From Malassezia furfur (Eukaryota), in assembly GCA_052055015.1 (NCBI GenBank), contig JBQJIT010000058.1: DNA of 39,052 nucleotides; one strand, given 5' to 3'. The notes under the pieces are model-generated. The model saw nothing but the letters and a program-made list of their open reading frames with translations, was not told the origin of the DNA and searched no databases. How positions within the stretch are numbered: the stretch's first letter is position 1; each line of letters begins with the position of its first letter. Both the position numbers and the translations under genes were made by a program. This document shows, piece by piece, positions 1-9,568 of this stretch.

Positions 1-1
1 G

Positions 2-1108
2 ACACCCACGCCGACGGCGGCGCCCCAGGGCGCGGCGCGCGCCGCACCCCCTACGGCGCTGCCCACGTCGCAGTCCGCTCCGTCCATGGCTCCGCGCATG
101 GCGCCCCCGCCCGTCCCGCCTCCAGCGCCGCCGGCCGTGCCGCAACCTGCTCCGCAACCCCATTCGCAACCCGGTCCGCCCACGTCGGGCGGGTCGGTGC
201 CCATGGCGCCGCCGCCCACGCACTCTCCCATGGCGTCGCCGCCCACGCACTCGCCCGTGGCATCGCCGCACACGCGCTCGCCCGTGGTGTCGCGCCCGTC
301 GTCGCCGCACACGCGCTCGCCCGTGGTGTCGCGTCCGCCGTCGCCGCCCAATGCCTGGTCGTCCGCGAACGCTGCGCCGGTGCTGCCGTCGCCCGCACTG
401 GGCTCCTTGCAGCTGCTGGGCACTCCTACGCTGGCGCAGCCCGCGTCCAACTCGCCGCAAGTGCCACAGGCGAACGCGTTTGCCAACCTGCGCCTCGTTG
501 ACCCTCCTGCTGCGTCTACCGCCGCACCACACACCAGCAGCGCGGTGCGCGAGGCATCCACGGAGCGAAACGCATCGCCGGTGCCGCCGGCGGCACTGAT
601 GGCGTCGCTGCAGCCGTCGCCGGACATTACCGAGGGCCAGGCTGGCGGGCCGAATACGTCGGCGCCTGTGTCGAGGCAGCCGTCGCCGCTCACACCTGCG
701 CCTGCGCTCCCGAGCGCGGCCGCACCGCCGTGGCAGTCGCCGGTCGTCTCACCGCAGCTGAGCGATCTGCCATCGTGGGCGCAGTCGGCGATCCTCGAAC
801 TGTCGGAGCCACAGGCCGGGCCTCAGGCGACGCCGCCGCGGCAGGGCGTGGCATCCAGCCATGCGCCCTACCTGCCGCCGGCCGTCTCGCCCGAGACATT
901 CTCGTCGGCGATGCCCGTGCGCATTGCGTCGCCGTCGATGGCTTACCACACGACACCGTCGCGCGAGGGGCCCTGGGGCTCGCCCTTCTCGCCCGGCACC
1001 GTCTCGATCGAGGGGCACGCGCTGGGGATGGGCGACGATCTGCAGAGCACGCCGTCGCGCATGACGTCTGCGGACCGGGCGCGCGTGCTCGGCGGCCTCG
1101 TAGAGTAA
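2..1108 (+). CDS. Pro/Ser-rich low-complexity protein, C-terminal part (5' end outside window)
   Basis: The frame of ORF 86..1108 stays open back to position 2 (TPTPTAAPQG...). It is rich in SP/TP motifs and ends ...RARVLGGLVE-TAA. No recognisable domain. Confidence 0.7.
   Translation, partial: TPTPTAAPQGAARAAPPTALPTSQSAPSMAPRMAPPPVPPPAPPAVPQPAPQPHSQPGPPTSGGSVPMAPPPTHSPMASPPTHSPVASPHTRSPVVSRPSSPHTRSPVVSRPPSPPNAWSSANAAPVLPSPALGSLQLLGTPTLAQPASNSPQVPQANAFANLRLVDPPAASTAAPHTSSAVREASTERNASPVPPAALMASLQPSPDITEGQAGGPNTSAPVSRQPSPLTPAPALPSAAAPPWQSPVVSPQLSDLPSWAQSAILELSEPQAGPQATPPRQGVASSHAPYLPPAVSPETFSSAMPVRIASPSMAYHTTPSREGPWGSPFSPGTVSIEGHALGMGDDLQSTPSRMTSADRARVLGGLVE
211..340 (+). repeat. Coding tandem repeats: 2 x 27 nt (PPTHSP[M/V]AS) followed by 2 x 39 nt (SPHTRSPVVSRP[S/P])
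   Basis: Direct repeats read in the sequence, e.g. tcgccgcacacgcgctcgcccgtggtgtcgcg starting at 263 and again at 302. Confidence 0.85.
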
Positions 1109-1168
1109 TGTGCACACGCTGTCGCGCCGCACGCGCGCGCAGCCTATGCCCAGAGTTTTGTTTAATTT

Positions 1169-2170
1169 CTATACAAGGGGCTGCGCGAGAGTCTGGCATG
1201 GCCGTTGCATCCCGAGCTGCTGCGTCACGGCGATCGGCATACAGTACGTCGGGTCAACAGGTGCAAGGCCCGCGTAGCCGAGCAGCGAGAGGCCCGCGAC
1301 GCCGAAGAGCGTATGGAAGACGTCGGCGACGTTGCCTGGGCGGTCAGCGATACCCCCGTCGACGTCCTGTGCAGACAGGATGAATGCGGCCAACTTGGGC
1401 CCATCGATGTAGTGCAACTTGCCGAGCAGGCTCAACGACGACAGCACCCACCACGAATAGCACACGTCCTCGAGCTTCTGGGGGCGCCCATTCAGCCCGC
1501 CGCACGGGAGCTGCCGCTCGGCGAGCCAGTGCGCAAGGCGCTCCGTGTCGATGCGGTCGAGCGTGCGCAGGATCGAAAGCGCGCCCACACACGTAAACAC
1601 CTGCGCGGCGTGGCTCTCAGCGCCCTCGGTAGAGCCAAACCCGCCGTCGTAGTTGGCGCATCGCAGCACCCACGCGGTGGTGCGCTCTGTGTCGAGACGC
1701 TCGAGCGCGCCAAGATGCGCCAGTGCACTCACACCACAGTAGAGGAACCGCGTGTCCGTCTCGCCCCACTGGTCGCCCTGGAAGGCGCCCTCGGGGAGCT
1801 GCAGCGAGAGCACAACTGCGTTAGTATCGCCGCACGTACATTCGATGATGCGCTCGCGGCGCTCACCAAGCACATCGAGCGCGTTTTTCAAAGCGAGTAC
1901 CTGGATCGCACTCAGCGTGCTCAGAATGTGCGCGTCGTGCTGGGGGTACGCACCGAACCCCCCCTGCTGTTCGTCGTAGCAGCTCAGCACGAACTCGACG
2001 AGCTCGTCGCGGTCGAGCACCTCGCCAGCGTGCATCAGCTCGAGCGCACACAGACCCCAGTAGACGCCGTTCATACGCAAGTGTGCGGTCATGTGGTATG
2101 CGACGCTCGCATCGCGCTTCTGCTCGAGCTTCTTGATGAAGCGCACATGCTCCGCAACGCGCAGCGCCAT
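1169..2170 (-). CDS. BET2: Rab geranylgeranyltransferase (type II) beta subunit
   Basis: Prenyltransferase motifs HLRMNGVYWG, GETDTRF, ESHAAQVF, GRPQKLEDVCYSWW, DVFHTLFG. ATG at 2170. A 24-nt intron at 1816..1839 (GTACGT...CTAACGCAG) gives IIEFVLSLQ when spliced. Confidence 0.93.
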   Translation of the reverse strand: MALRVAEHVRFIKKLEQKRDASVAYHMTAHLRMNGVYWGLCALELMHAGEVLDRDELVEFVLSCYDEQQGGFGAYPQHDAHILSTLSAIQVLALKNALDVLGERRERIIECTCGDTNAVVLSLQLPEGAFQGDQWGETDTRFLYCGVSALAHLGALERLDTERTTAWVLRCANYDGGFGSTEGAESHAAQVFTCVGALSILRTLDRIDTERLAHWLAERQLPCGGLNGRPQKLEDVCYSWWVLSSLSLLGKLHYIDGPKLAAFILSAQDVDGGIADRPGNVADVFHTLFGVAGLSLLGYAGLAPVDPTYCMPIAVTQQLGMQRPCQTLAQPLV

Positions 2171-2205
2171 GGTGGAGGCAGCACGTGGCGCACTCCGCCC
2201 GGGCC

Positions 2206-2956
2206 ATGACGTCGTGGGTGCCACTCGAAGCGAATCCGGAGCTGTTCGGCGCGTGGAGCGCCCAGCTCGGGCTCGACACGCAACAAAGCACGTTCCATGA
2301 CATCTTTGGACTCGACGAGGAGCTCCTTGCGATGGTGCCACAGCCCGTGCATGCCGTGCTGTGCCTGCTGCCGCTCACGCCGAACATCGAGGCGCGGCAC
2401 CGCAGCGAGGACGCCGCATACACGCCGCCGCAGGGCGCCGATAAGGTGCTGTGGTTTGAGCAGACGGTACGTCGCGGCCGCACACTGACCTAGATCGGCA
2501 ATGCGTGCGGCACAATTGGCCTGCTGCATGCGATTGCCAACTCGCCTGCTGCAGAGTCCATGGCGCCCGACTCGCCCCTCGCGCAGCTCCTGCGCGTGGC
2601 GCGTGGCGCGACGCCCGCGGAGCGCACCAAGTTGCTGGAAAGCTCGGATGCACTGAAGAGTGCGCACGCTGCGACTGCCGGTCAGGGGCAGACCGCCGCA
2701 CCGGACGCCGACGACCCGGTCAACCTGCACTTTGTCGCGTTTGTGCGCGGTCCCGACGGGAAGCTTTGGGAGCTGGACGGCCGCCGCCGCGGGCCGATCG
2801 CGCGCGATGTGCCCGTTGACTCCGAGGCCGCGCTGCTGCCGAGCGCCGCCAAGTTTGTGCAGGACTACTACGTACGTGGCGCCACCGCTCACACAGATGC
2901 GCACGGACCCCGACCAGGTGCAGTTCAACCTGATTGCGCTCGGACCGGCTGCTTAG
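2206..2956 (+). CDS. YUH1: Ubiquitin C-terminal hydrolase (peptidase C12, UCH-L3/Yuh1)
   Basis: WVPLEANPE, spliced QTIGNACGTIGLLH (catalytic Cys), LHFVAFV, LWELDGRR. Exons 2206..2466, 2494..2871, 2897..2956 (introns 27 and 25 nt). Confidence 0.93.
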
Positions 2957-2966
2957 CGTACGTAGA

Positions 2967-4454
2967 CTATGGAACCTCGTGCCGCGCAAGCGCACGCAGC
3001 AGCAGCTGCGCCTCGCTCTCGGTGAGGCGCGCGCGCTCGCCCAGCCGCGTCGCCGCGTGCTGCCGACTGAGCGCCGCGTAGGACGGCGTGGCGGCCTCGG
3101 CGGCGAGCGCCGACTGCACGTGCGCCGCACGCTCGACCGCGAACGCGAGCCAGGCGCGGCTCGCGGCGTACGCCCCTGCCGTGGCCGGCAGCACAGCGTC
3201 GGTGCGCGGCGGCCGCGCGTCCAGCACCTTGTCGCGCTTCAGCCACGCAAACCAGCGGCGCGGCGCGGGGTGCTGGTGCAGTGCGTAGAGCGTCTCGGCG
3301 ATCTGCACGCCCATCTCGGCCTCGGTCTCGTGCGCCCACGCGCGCTGCAGTTCGGCATCTGCGCCGACGCCGGGGCGTGCGTGCTCGCCTTGTGCCAGGG
3401 CGAGCGCGGCGAGTTGGACGCGCAGCGCGTTGTGGAGCGCGTCGCGCGGCGTGTCGGACAGGCTCGACGCATGCACGTACACACGCGAGAGCGCCTCGAG
3501 CGTGCGGACGGCGGTGCGCATCGCGAGCGGCGACCGCGGCGCGGCCTTTTGCGCGAGCGCCGCATCCACCAATGCGCGGGTATCGTCGTGGAGCGCACGG
3601 CCAAACCACGCGAGGCTCTCGTCAAGGTGCCCCAGCTGGCCCTGGAGCGTGCCGAGGCGCATCGCCAGCACGTTGCACACGGCCTCAGCGTGCGGCTGTG
3701 TGGCGTAGGCATCGTACAGCTTCTCGTACGCAAGACCTGCCGCGCCCAGCGCCGCGGGCGTGCCGAGGCGCATGCGCACCGCCGCGAGCCACGTCTCAAG
3801 CGTCGCGGCGGTCGAGTCGAGCGGCGCCCCGGTGTCGGAAAACTCTTCAACACGCACGTTGCGTGCGTCGGCGACGCGCAGCGCGGTTGTCAGGAAGCGC
3901 TCGGCGAGGCGCAGGCCCTGGTGCGCCTCAAAGTCGGCCGCGCGGTGCACGGGCATCCCGCGCGGCGCGAGGCCAAAGATGGCCTGCGGTGCGATGCCGC
4001 CACCCCAGTGCTCAGCCATCCAGGCACTGCGCACAATGTGCCGGCCAAAGATGCCGAGGCGTGCGTCGGTGCCCGGCGCAATGCCGAGGTGGTGCGTGAC
4101 GTCGTCGCGCTCCCAGCCGTAGGTGTCGTGTGCCGATACCTCCTCGACGTGGGCAGCGGCGGGCATCGCGACGTGCTCTACGTACTGATGCGCACCCTCC
4201 CACACAACAAACGTCACTGAGCCGACCACCAGCACGGAGCCGACGAGGATGCGCGCGATGCGCGACGCGAGCGCAATGGTCTCGATCACAGGGTCAGACA
4301 TGAGCTTCATGGCATAGGATACGACGCCCTGCGGCGGCTTGCTGGCATACGCACGCGCCTGTGGCGCGCGTGCGAGTAGCGGCAGCGGCAGCGCGCGCGG
4401 CGTGCGCACGCGCAAGCCCGGCGCGAGCGGAGCGCGACGGAGCGTCGAGAGCAT
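2967..4454 (-). CDS. Uncharacterised putative mitochondrial membrane protein (presequence, one TM segment, helical/TPR-like C-terminus)
   Basis: The ATG at 4454 starts the Arg-rich, acid-free MLSTLRRAPLAPGLRVRTPRALP...RAYAS. A hydrophobic segment ILVGSVLVVGSVTFVVW follows. The upstream part of the listed ORF is an antisense shadow of TMA20. Confidence 0.7.
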   Translation of the reverse strand: MLSTLRRAPLAPGLRVRTPRALPLPLLARAPQARAYASKPPQGVVSYAMKLMSDPVIETIALASRIARILVGSVLVVGSVTFVVWEGAHQYVEHVAMPAAAHVEEVSAHDTYGWERDDVTHHLGIAPGTDARLGIFGRHIVRSAWMAEHWGGGIAPQAIFGLAPRGMPVHRAADFEAHQGLRLAERFLTTALRVADARNVRVEEFSDTGAPLDSTAATLETWLAAVRMRLGTPAALGAAGLAYEKLYDAYATQPHAEAVCNVLAMRLGTLQGQLGHLDESLAWFGRALHDDTRALVDAALAQKAAPRSPLAMRTAVRTLEALSRVYVHASSLSDTPRDALHNALRVQLAALALAQGEHARPGVGADAELQRAWAHETEAEMGVQIAETLYALHQHPAPRRWFAWLKRDKVLDARPPRTDAVLPATAGAYAASRAWLAFAVERAAHVQSALAAEAATPSYAALSRQHAATRLGERARLTESEAQLLLRALARHEVP

Positions 4455-4488
4455 AGCGAAGAAGCCACGTGCCGATCGGGCTACGACC

Positions 4489-5167
4489 ATGTCGCTGTTC
4501 AAGAAGATGGACGCGAAGGCGGACGTCGGCACGCCGACGTCCCTCAAGTCGTCCGTGCAGCGCGGGATCCGTACCAAGCTCCTGGAGCAGTACGCCGACA
4601 CGCTCGGCGCGAACGACGGCGAACTGCTCGAGCAGATCCTGCCGAAAAAGGAGCCCCTGACCGTCGTCAAGTTCAAGTAGGTGGTGCCCACCGACTGACC
4701 CAGGCGCGAACATGTGCAGATCCTCCTGCTCAAAGGCGTCCCGCTCTTCTTCCAGCACTATGACGGGCCGTGGCTGCCGACGCTCCATGTGCTCCACCAA
4801 TGTATGCCGCACACACTCACGCTCCAGACCCGACGCTCCTGCCCTGGATCCAGGTGGACCGCGGCGCGATCAAGTTCTTGCTATCCGGCGCCAACGTCAT
4901 GGCCCCCGGCCTGACGTCCGCGGGCGGGCACCTCCCTGACCCGGCGCAGGGCGAGAAGCCGCTCACCAAGGGCACGCCCGTCGCGATCCGGTCGCAGGGT
5001 AAGACATACGAAGTCGCCATCGGCTCGCTGCTCGCCGACACCGAAGAGATCCGGTCGCAGGGCAAGGGCAACGTCGTGGACAACGTGCACTACATTGGCG
5101 GTACGTGGGCCTGTACTCACGCACAGACGACCTCTGGGCCGTGTGCAGCAAGGGCGGCTTCGTCTAG
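4489..5167 (+). CDS. TMA20: Translation machinery-associated protein 20 (MCTS1 family, PUA domain)
   Basis: LKSSVQRGIR, PTLHVLHQYP, QVDRGAIKFLLSGANVMAPGLTS, HYIGDDLW. Exons 4489..4676, 4704..4801, 4828..5100, 5127..5167 (introns 27, 26, 26 nt). Confidence 0.93.
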
Positions 5168-7528
5168 TTACAGCGCCGAGCTGGGACGCAGCTTCAGGCC
5201 GAGCGTGCGCGCGACAATGGCGAATTCTGGGTTAGTAGCACCGCACGTACTCTCGCTCGCCTCATCGATCCGCTTCTGTGTGTTCTTTCCCGCGCCGTGG
5301 CCCGCCTGGAGCTCGACGCGGAGGAGCAGGGGGTTGGGGTTGTCCTTGCGCTGGTGCTGCAGCTCCGCAGCAAGCTTGAAAGAGTGCGCGGGCACGACAC
5401 GGTCGTCGTGGTCCGCACACGCCAGCACCATCGTGGGGTACGTTTTCGTCGCCGATACGTTGTGCAGCGGCGAGTACGTGTAGTTGTAGTCGAACGCCGC
5501 ACCGTCCTCCTGCGGGTTGCCGTAGTCGGCACACCACGCTTTGCCGATCGTCCACAGCGGGAACTTGAGCATGTCGTGCACGCCAACGTCGGCGATCGCC
5601 GCACCAATGCCGTGCTGCTCCTCGCACTGGTTCGCGACAGCCGCGACTCCGAGACCACCGTTGGAGCCGCCCATGATGGTAATCTTACCCTTGGCCGCAT
5701 AGCGCTCCTCATGCAGGTACTGCGTCGCGGCCATCACATCGTCAAACACGTTCTGCTTGTGGAAGAGCATGCCGGCCTCGTGCCACTTGTCGCCATACTC
5801 ACCGCCGCCGCGCGCGTTGACAAACGCAAGCGTCCCGCCATAGGACGCGACCCACGTCATCATCGACGGCGAGAATGTCGGGTTCAGCGGGATGTTGAAG
5901 CCGCCGTAGAAGTATACCAGCGCGGGCGCCGTGCCGTCACGCGGCATCGACTTGGGGTGCGTCAGGAACATGGGGATCTGCGTGCCGTCCTTGCTCTTGA
6001 CAAACACCTGCGTGCTGGTGTAGTCGTCGGGACGGATGCCCGCGACGTGCGTCGTGGAGTACACCGAAACCTTGGGCGGCACAACCTCTGCCTGCGGCGT
6101 GTCCTCCCACGACAGGCGGTGCACCGTGCCCGGGTTCGCGAACGACACACTCAGCACAAACGCCTCGCGGTCCGTGCGCAGCCCCGCAAGCTGGCCAATC
6201 GTGCCGACGAGCTCGGGCAGGAGGCGCTCGACACGCGTGCCGTCGAGCGTGTACAGCCACAGCTCATCCTTCACGTCGCGCGAGCACAGCACGAGCAGCT
6301 TGTTGTGGTCAACGAGCTTGGCCGCAGTCAAAATCGCCTTCGGGTCCTCGGGGATCACGTCACGGAAGTCGTCGTGGCGGCCGCGCAGCGTCGCGACGTG
6401 GGCGGTCTGCTGCGCATCGCTCGCATTCACATCAAGCATCACGACACGGTAGTTGGGCGCGTCCTTATTCGTGGTAAAGTAGAAGCGGTTGCCGTCGTTG
6501 CCGATGTAGCTCAGCGTATACGCAAACTCGGTCACGATCGGGATCCAGGCGAGCTGATCGAGCGGCTTCCCCTCGAGCTGCGCGAGGTAGAAGCGCTGCT
6601 TGGTGTCGGTGTCCTTAGAGTTCTCCAGGAGCATCCAGCGCCCGTCGTCGGTGACCGTCGGATGCCACATGGAGCTCGGCAGGTCGGCGTCCTTGCCGAC
6701 GACGCATACGTCCTTCGACTGCGGCGTGCCGAGGCGGTGGTAGTACAGCTCGGCATCCTTGTTCGCATCCGTCTCCGTGCCGCGGTCCGCGTGGGCCACG
6801 GGCGGGTAGCGCTGGTAGAAGAAGCCTTGGCCGTCGTGCGTCCACTCGGCGGTGGAGAACTTGACGTTCTCGAGCACGTCCGGCAGGCGTCCTGCGCCGC
6901 CCTCGGTACCATCGTTCGACGTGAGTGGCGCATCCGTCGAGCGCACGTACAGTTTCACCCAGTCGGAACCGCTCACCGACAGGCCGTATGCGACGTACTT
7001 GCCCGTGTGCGAAAAGGCGGTGAGCGACAGGGCGACGGTGCCGTCGGAGGACAGCACGTTCGTGTCAAAGAACAACTCGCCCACGGGCTCCTTTCCGCCG
7101 TTGTACGCGTCGATCTGCTCGCGCGTCGCACGGTAGATCTGGCTCTGCGGCGCGAGGCCGGCGTTGTACGAGTAGTAGTACCGCCCATCGTGCTTGTGCG
7201 ACGGCGCCGAGGCTCGCACGTAGTCCCAGTTCTTTTCGAGGCGCTCTTTGAGCACCTCCTTGTCACCACACTCGTCCAGGAACGCCTTGGTGTACGCGGC
7301 CTGCGCCTTGGTCCATGCGTCCGTCTCGGGGCTCTGCGACGGCGGCACTTCGAGCCAATCGTACGGCTCAGGCACGGTCACTTGGCCGTGTTTCTGGCTC
7401 GCATACGTCTTCGAAGCGTCCGAACGGCGCGCAGGGGGGTACGGCGCAGCACTCGGGGTCCAGTTGGTGCGCACACTCATCGTCCACGCACGATAAGGAA
7501 GCAGCGGACGGCGTAGCCAGCGCGACAT
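5168..7528 (-). CDS. Prolyl oligopeptidase (peptidase S9A)
   Basis: YPPARRSD...PEPYDWLE N-terminus, beta-propeller, catalytic GGSNGG / DDRVVP / AGHGAGK. In-frame ATGs at 7528 and 7480. A 24-nt intron at 5227..5250 gives EASEKFAIV when spliced. Confidence 0.93.
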   Translation of the reverse strand: MSRWLRRPLLPYRAWTMSVRTNWTPSAAPYPPARRSDASKTYASQKHGQVTVPEPYDWLEVPPSQSPETDAWTKAQAAYTKAFLDECGDKEVLKERLEKNWDYVRASAPSHKHDGRYYYSYNAGLAPQSQIYRATREQIDAYNGGKEPVGELFFDTNVLSSDGTVALSLTAFSHTGKYVAYGLSVSGSDWVKLYVRSTDAPLTSNDGTEGGAGRLPDVLENVKFSTAEWTHDGQGFFYQRYPPVAHADRGTETDANKDAELYYHRLGTPQSKDVCVVGKDADLPSSMWHPTVTDDGRWMLLENSKDTDTKQRFYLAQLEGKPLDQLAWIPIVTEFAYTLSYIGNDGNRFYFTTNKDAPNYRVVMLDVNASDAQQTAHVATLRGRHDDFRDVIPEDPKAILTAAKLVDHNKLLVLCSRDVKDELWLYTLDGTRVERLLPELVGTIGQLAGLRTDREAFVLSVSFANPGTVHRLSWEDTPQAEVVPPKVSVYSTTHVAGIRPDDYTSTQVFVKSKDGTQIPMFLTHPKSMPRDGTAPALVYFYGGFNIPLNPTFSPSMMTWVASYGGTLAFVNARGGGEYGDKWHEAGMLFHKQNVFDDVMAATQYLHEERYAAKGKITIMGGSNGGLGVAAVANQCEEQHGIGAAIADVGVHDMLKFPLWTIGKAWCADYGNPQEDGAAFDYNYTYSPLHNVSATKTYPTMVLACADHDDRVVPAHSFKLAAELQHQRKDNPNPLLLRVELQAGHGAGKNTQKRIDEASESTCGATNPEFAIVARTLGLKLRPSSAL

Positions 7529-7564
7529 TCCTTGTGGAGGTTTCGGGCGGCGCTTGGTTCCGGT

Positions 7565-8458
7565 ATGTCGTTTAACGATCTGGAGCGGGGCGTGTCGGAG
7601 GACACGCCGCTCGAGCCGCGGAACCGCGGGCGCACGCTCGATGCGCCACGCAGCCCCGTGAGCCGGGCCGAGAGCCCCGAGTTTATGCGGCTTACGGAGC
7701 AGGTCGGCCTGCATGTCTTCCGTATCAATGCCAACGTGTCGACCCTCTCGAAACTCGATGCGCAGTTGCGCAAGACGCCGTACGCCAAGAACGATGAGCT
7801 CCGGCGCCAGTTGTACGTGCACCAACTCACACAGCAACGACCTCAGCGAACAGACGCGGGGGATCGTAAAGGATGCCACCGACGACATCAAGGCCCTCTC
7901 GCTGTTTCCGGTGCGCACCGCCGGCAGTGCGGGGTCGTCGCCCGCAGGGCTGCTGCAGTCGAAGCTGCAGCGCGACTTCCAGCAGGCGCTCGTGGCGTTC
8001 CAGGCGATCCAAAAGTCGGGCGTGCGCAAGGAAAAAGAGGCGCTCGCCTACGTCAAAGCCCAAAGCGACGAGCCGGAGGCCGAGCAAGTCGGTGCGCTGC
8101 AGGCGCAGGAGCAGGTCCCGCGCGTGTCACATGCCGAGCTCGAGTACCAGGAGGCACTCATCGCCGAGCGCGAGGCCGAGATCCGTGAGATCGAGGCGGG
8201 CGTGCAGGAACTCAACGAGATCTTCCGCGATCTGAGCCACATTGTCCAGGAGCAGGGCGGCATGATCGACAACATCGAGTACAACATCACCAACATCTCG
8301 ACCAACGCACAGGGCGCCGACCGCGAGCTGCTCCAGGCGCACGACTACCAGCGTCGTGCGGGGCGCCGGTCGGCATGCCTGATGATCATTGTCGCGTTTG
8401 TGGTGTTTGTGGTGCTTCTCGCGGTACGTGGCGTACACTGACACAGCTCCTGGCTTGA
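7565..8458 (+). CDS. PEP12: Qa-SNARE syntaxin, Pep12/Vam3 (syntaxin-7/12) family
   Basis: SNARE motif IAEREAEIREIEAGVQELNEIFRDLSHIVQEQGGMIDNIE plus a C-terminal TM anchor. Exons 7565..7812, 7835..8423, 8447..8458 (introns 22 and 23 nt). Confidence 0.85.
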
Positions 8459-8480
8459 CTTTTCTGTACTATCGTAGTGT

Positions 8481-9539
8481 CTAGATGAATCCTGCATAAT
8501 TCACCGGACCTACGGTCTGCGCGCCAACGAGCTCGAGCGCGCCGCTGGCGCCGTCACGCGAGAGCAGCGCGAGCGTCTCAGAGCCCTGGTTCGCGACGAC
8601 CACCCAGCGCTCGTCCTCGCTGAGCGCAAAGTGGCGCGGCACGCGGCCGCCGCACGCGTAAAAGACGGGCGTGCTCAGCGCGCCGTCGGCCGCGCGCGGC
8701 AGGGCCGCCAGCACGTCCTCGTGGGCGTCGCTGCGGCAGCTCACGTACACGAAGCGACCGTCAGACGACACGGCGACCTCGGCGAGCGTGTCTGTATGTT
8801 TCTGCGGGGGGCGCACCGGTACGGCGGTTCCCTGGGCCGTGAGCTTTGCGCCGTCCCACGCAAAGGCCTGCACCTCGAGCGAGAGCTCCATCACGACGTA
8901 GGCGGTCGTCTCGTGGAACACGAGATGGCGCGGGCCGCTCCCGTCTGGCACGGGCACCGAGGTCGCGAGCGCCGCGTCGTGTGCGCGCGCGCCCACGCGC
9001 ACAATGTGGATGCGGTCGGAGCCCAAGTCGCAGATCAGGACGTGTTTGTGGTCCGGTGACGGCATCACCTGGTGTGCGTGCGGCATTTCCTGGCGGTCTG
9101 CGACACGCCCGTGGCCGCTGCGGTGGAAGGGTATGGTGTGCGGCGCGCCGAGCGTGCCGTCGTGCGCGAGGTCGAGCACGGACATGGATCCCGACGCGTA
9201 GTTGGCTGCGTGTGAGCGGGCCACGTACCGACAAACACCTGCGCGCCGTACGGCATGCGCACGATCGCGATGCTCACTGCGCCGTCGCCGCCGACGTGCG
9301 CGGAGGCGTGCAGCTCGAGCTCGTTGGCGGTCTCGCGAAAGACGGACAGGACGGCGTTGGGTGTCTCGCCGACGCACAACACCAGCTTCTCGTCGAGCGT
9401 GATGTGCTCGAGCCACGCCGGTGCGTCACAGGCGATGCGCCCGGTGCGCCGGAGCTCGGGCGGGGCGAATGCATACGATGCGCTGCGTGAGCCGTGCGCC
9501 TTACACTTCACCCGCGTACGACGCGGTGCGGATCGTCAT
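8481..9539 (-). CDS. Lactonase family 7-bladed beta-propeller (YbhE/6-phosphogluconolactonase or carboxy-cis,cis-muconate cyclase-like)
   Basis: Spliced VFVANYASG, RQEMPHAHQV, DLGSDRI, GSGPRHLVF, PRHFAL, VANQGS. Exons 9539..9505, 9482..9229, 9205..8481 (introns 22 and 23 nt). Confidence 0.87.
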
Positions 9540-9568
9540 AGTGGAGGTGCGCCTTTTCGTCTCCCACG

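Noticed and set aside
2172..2178. GGAGG as a Shine-Dalgarno sequence
   Set aside because: The locus is eukaryotic and intron-containing, and GGAGG is antisense to the adjacent ATG. It is reported instead as the CCTCCAC motif.
5168..7528. Prolyl oligopeptidase as a POPB-type peptide macrocyclase in a RiPP (MSDIN-like) cluster
   Set aside because: No precursor peptide ORF or tailoring genes nearby and the neighbours are housekeeping genes. An ordinary housekeeping POP is the simpler reading.
7529..8029. Long N-terminal extensions in the ORF track (POP 953 aa, CPA1 660 aa, TIF3 515 aa, 588-aa ORF, BET2 390 aa)
   Set aside because: The extensions overlap the divergent neighbour's CDS or introns and mostly start at non-ATG codons. 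Family-typical N-termini begin at downstream ATGs.
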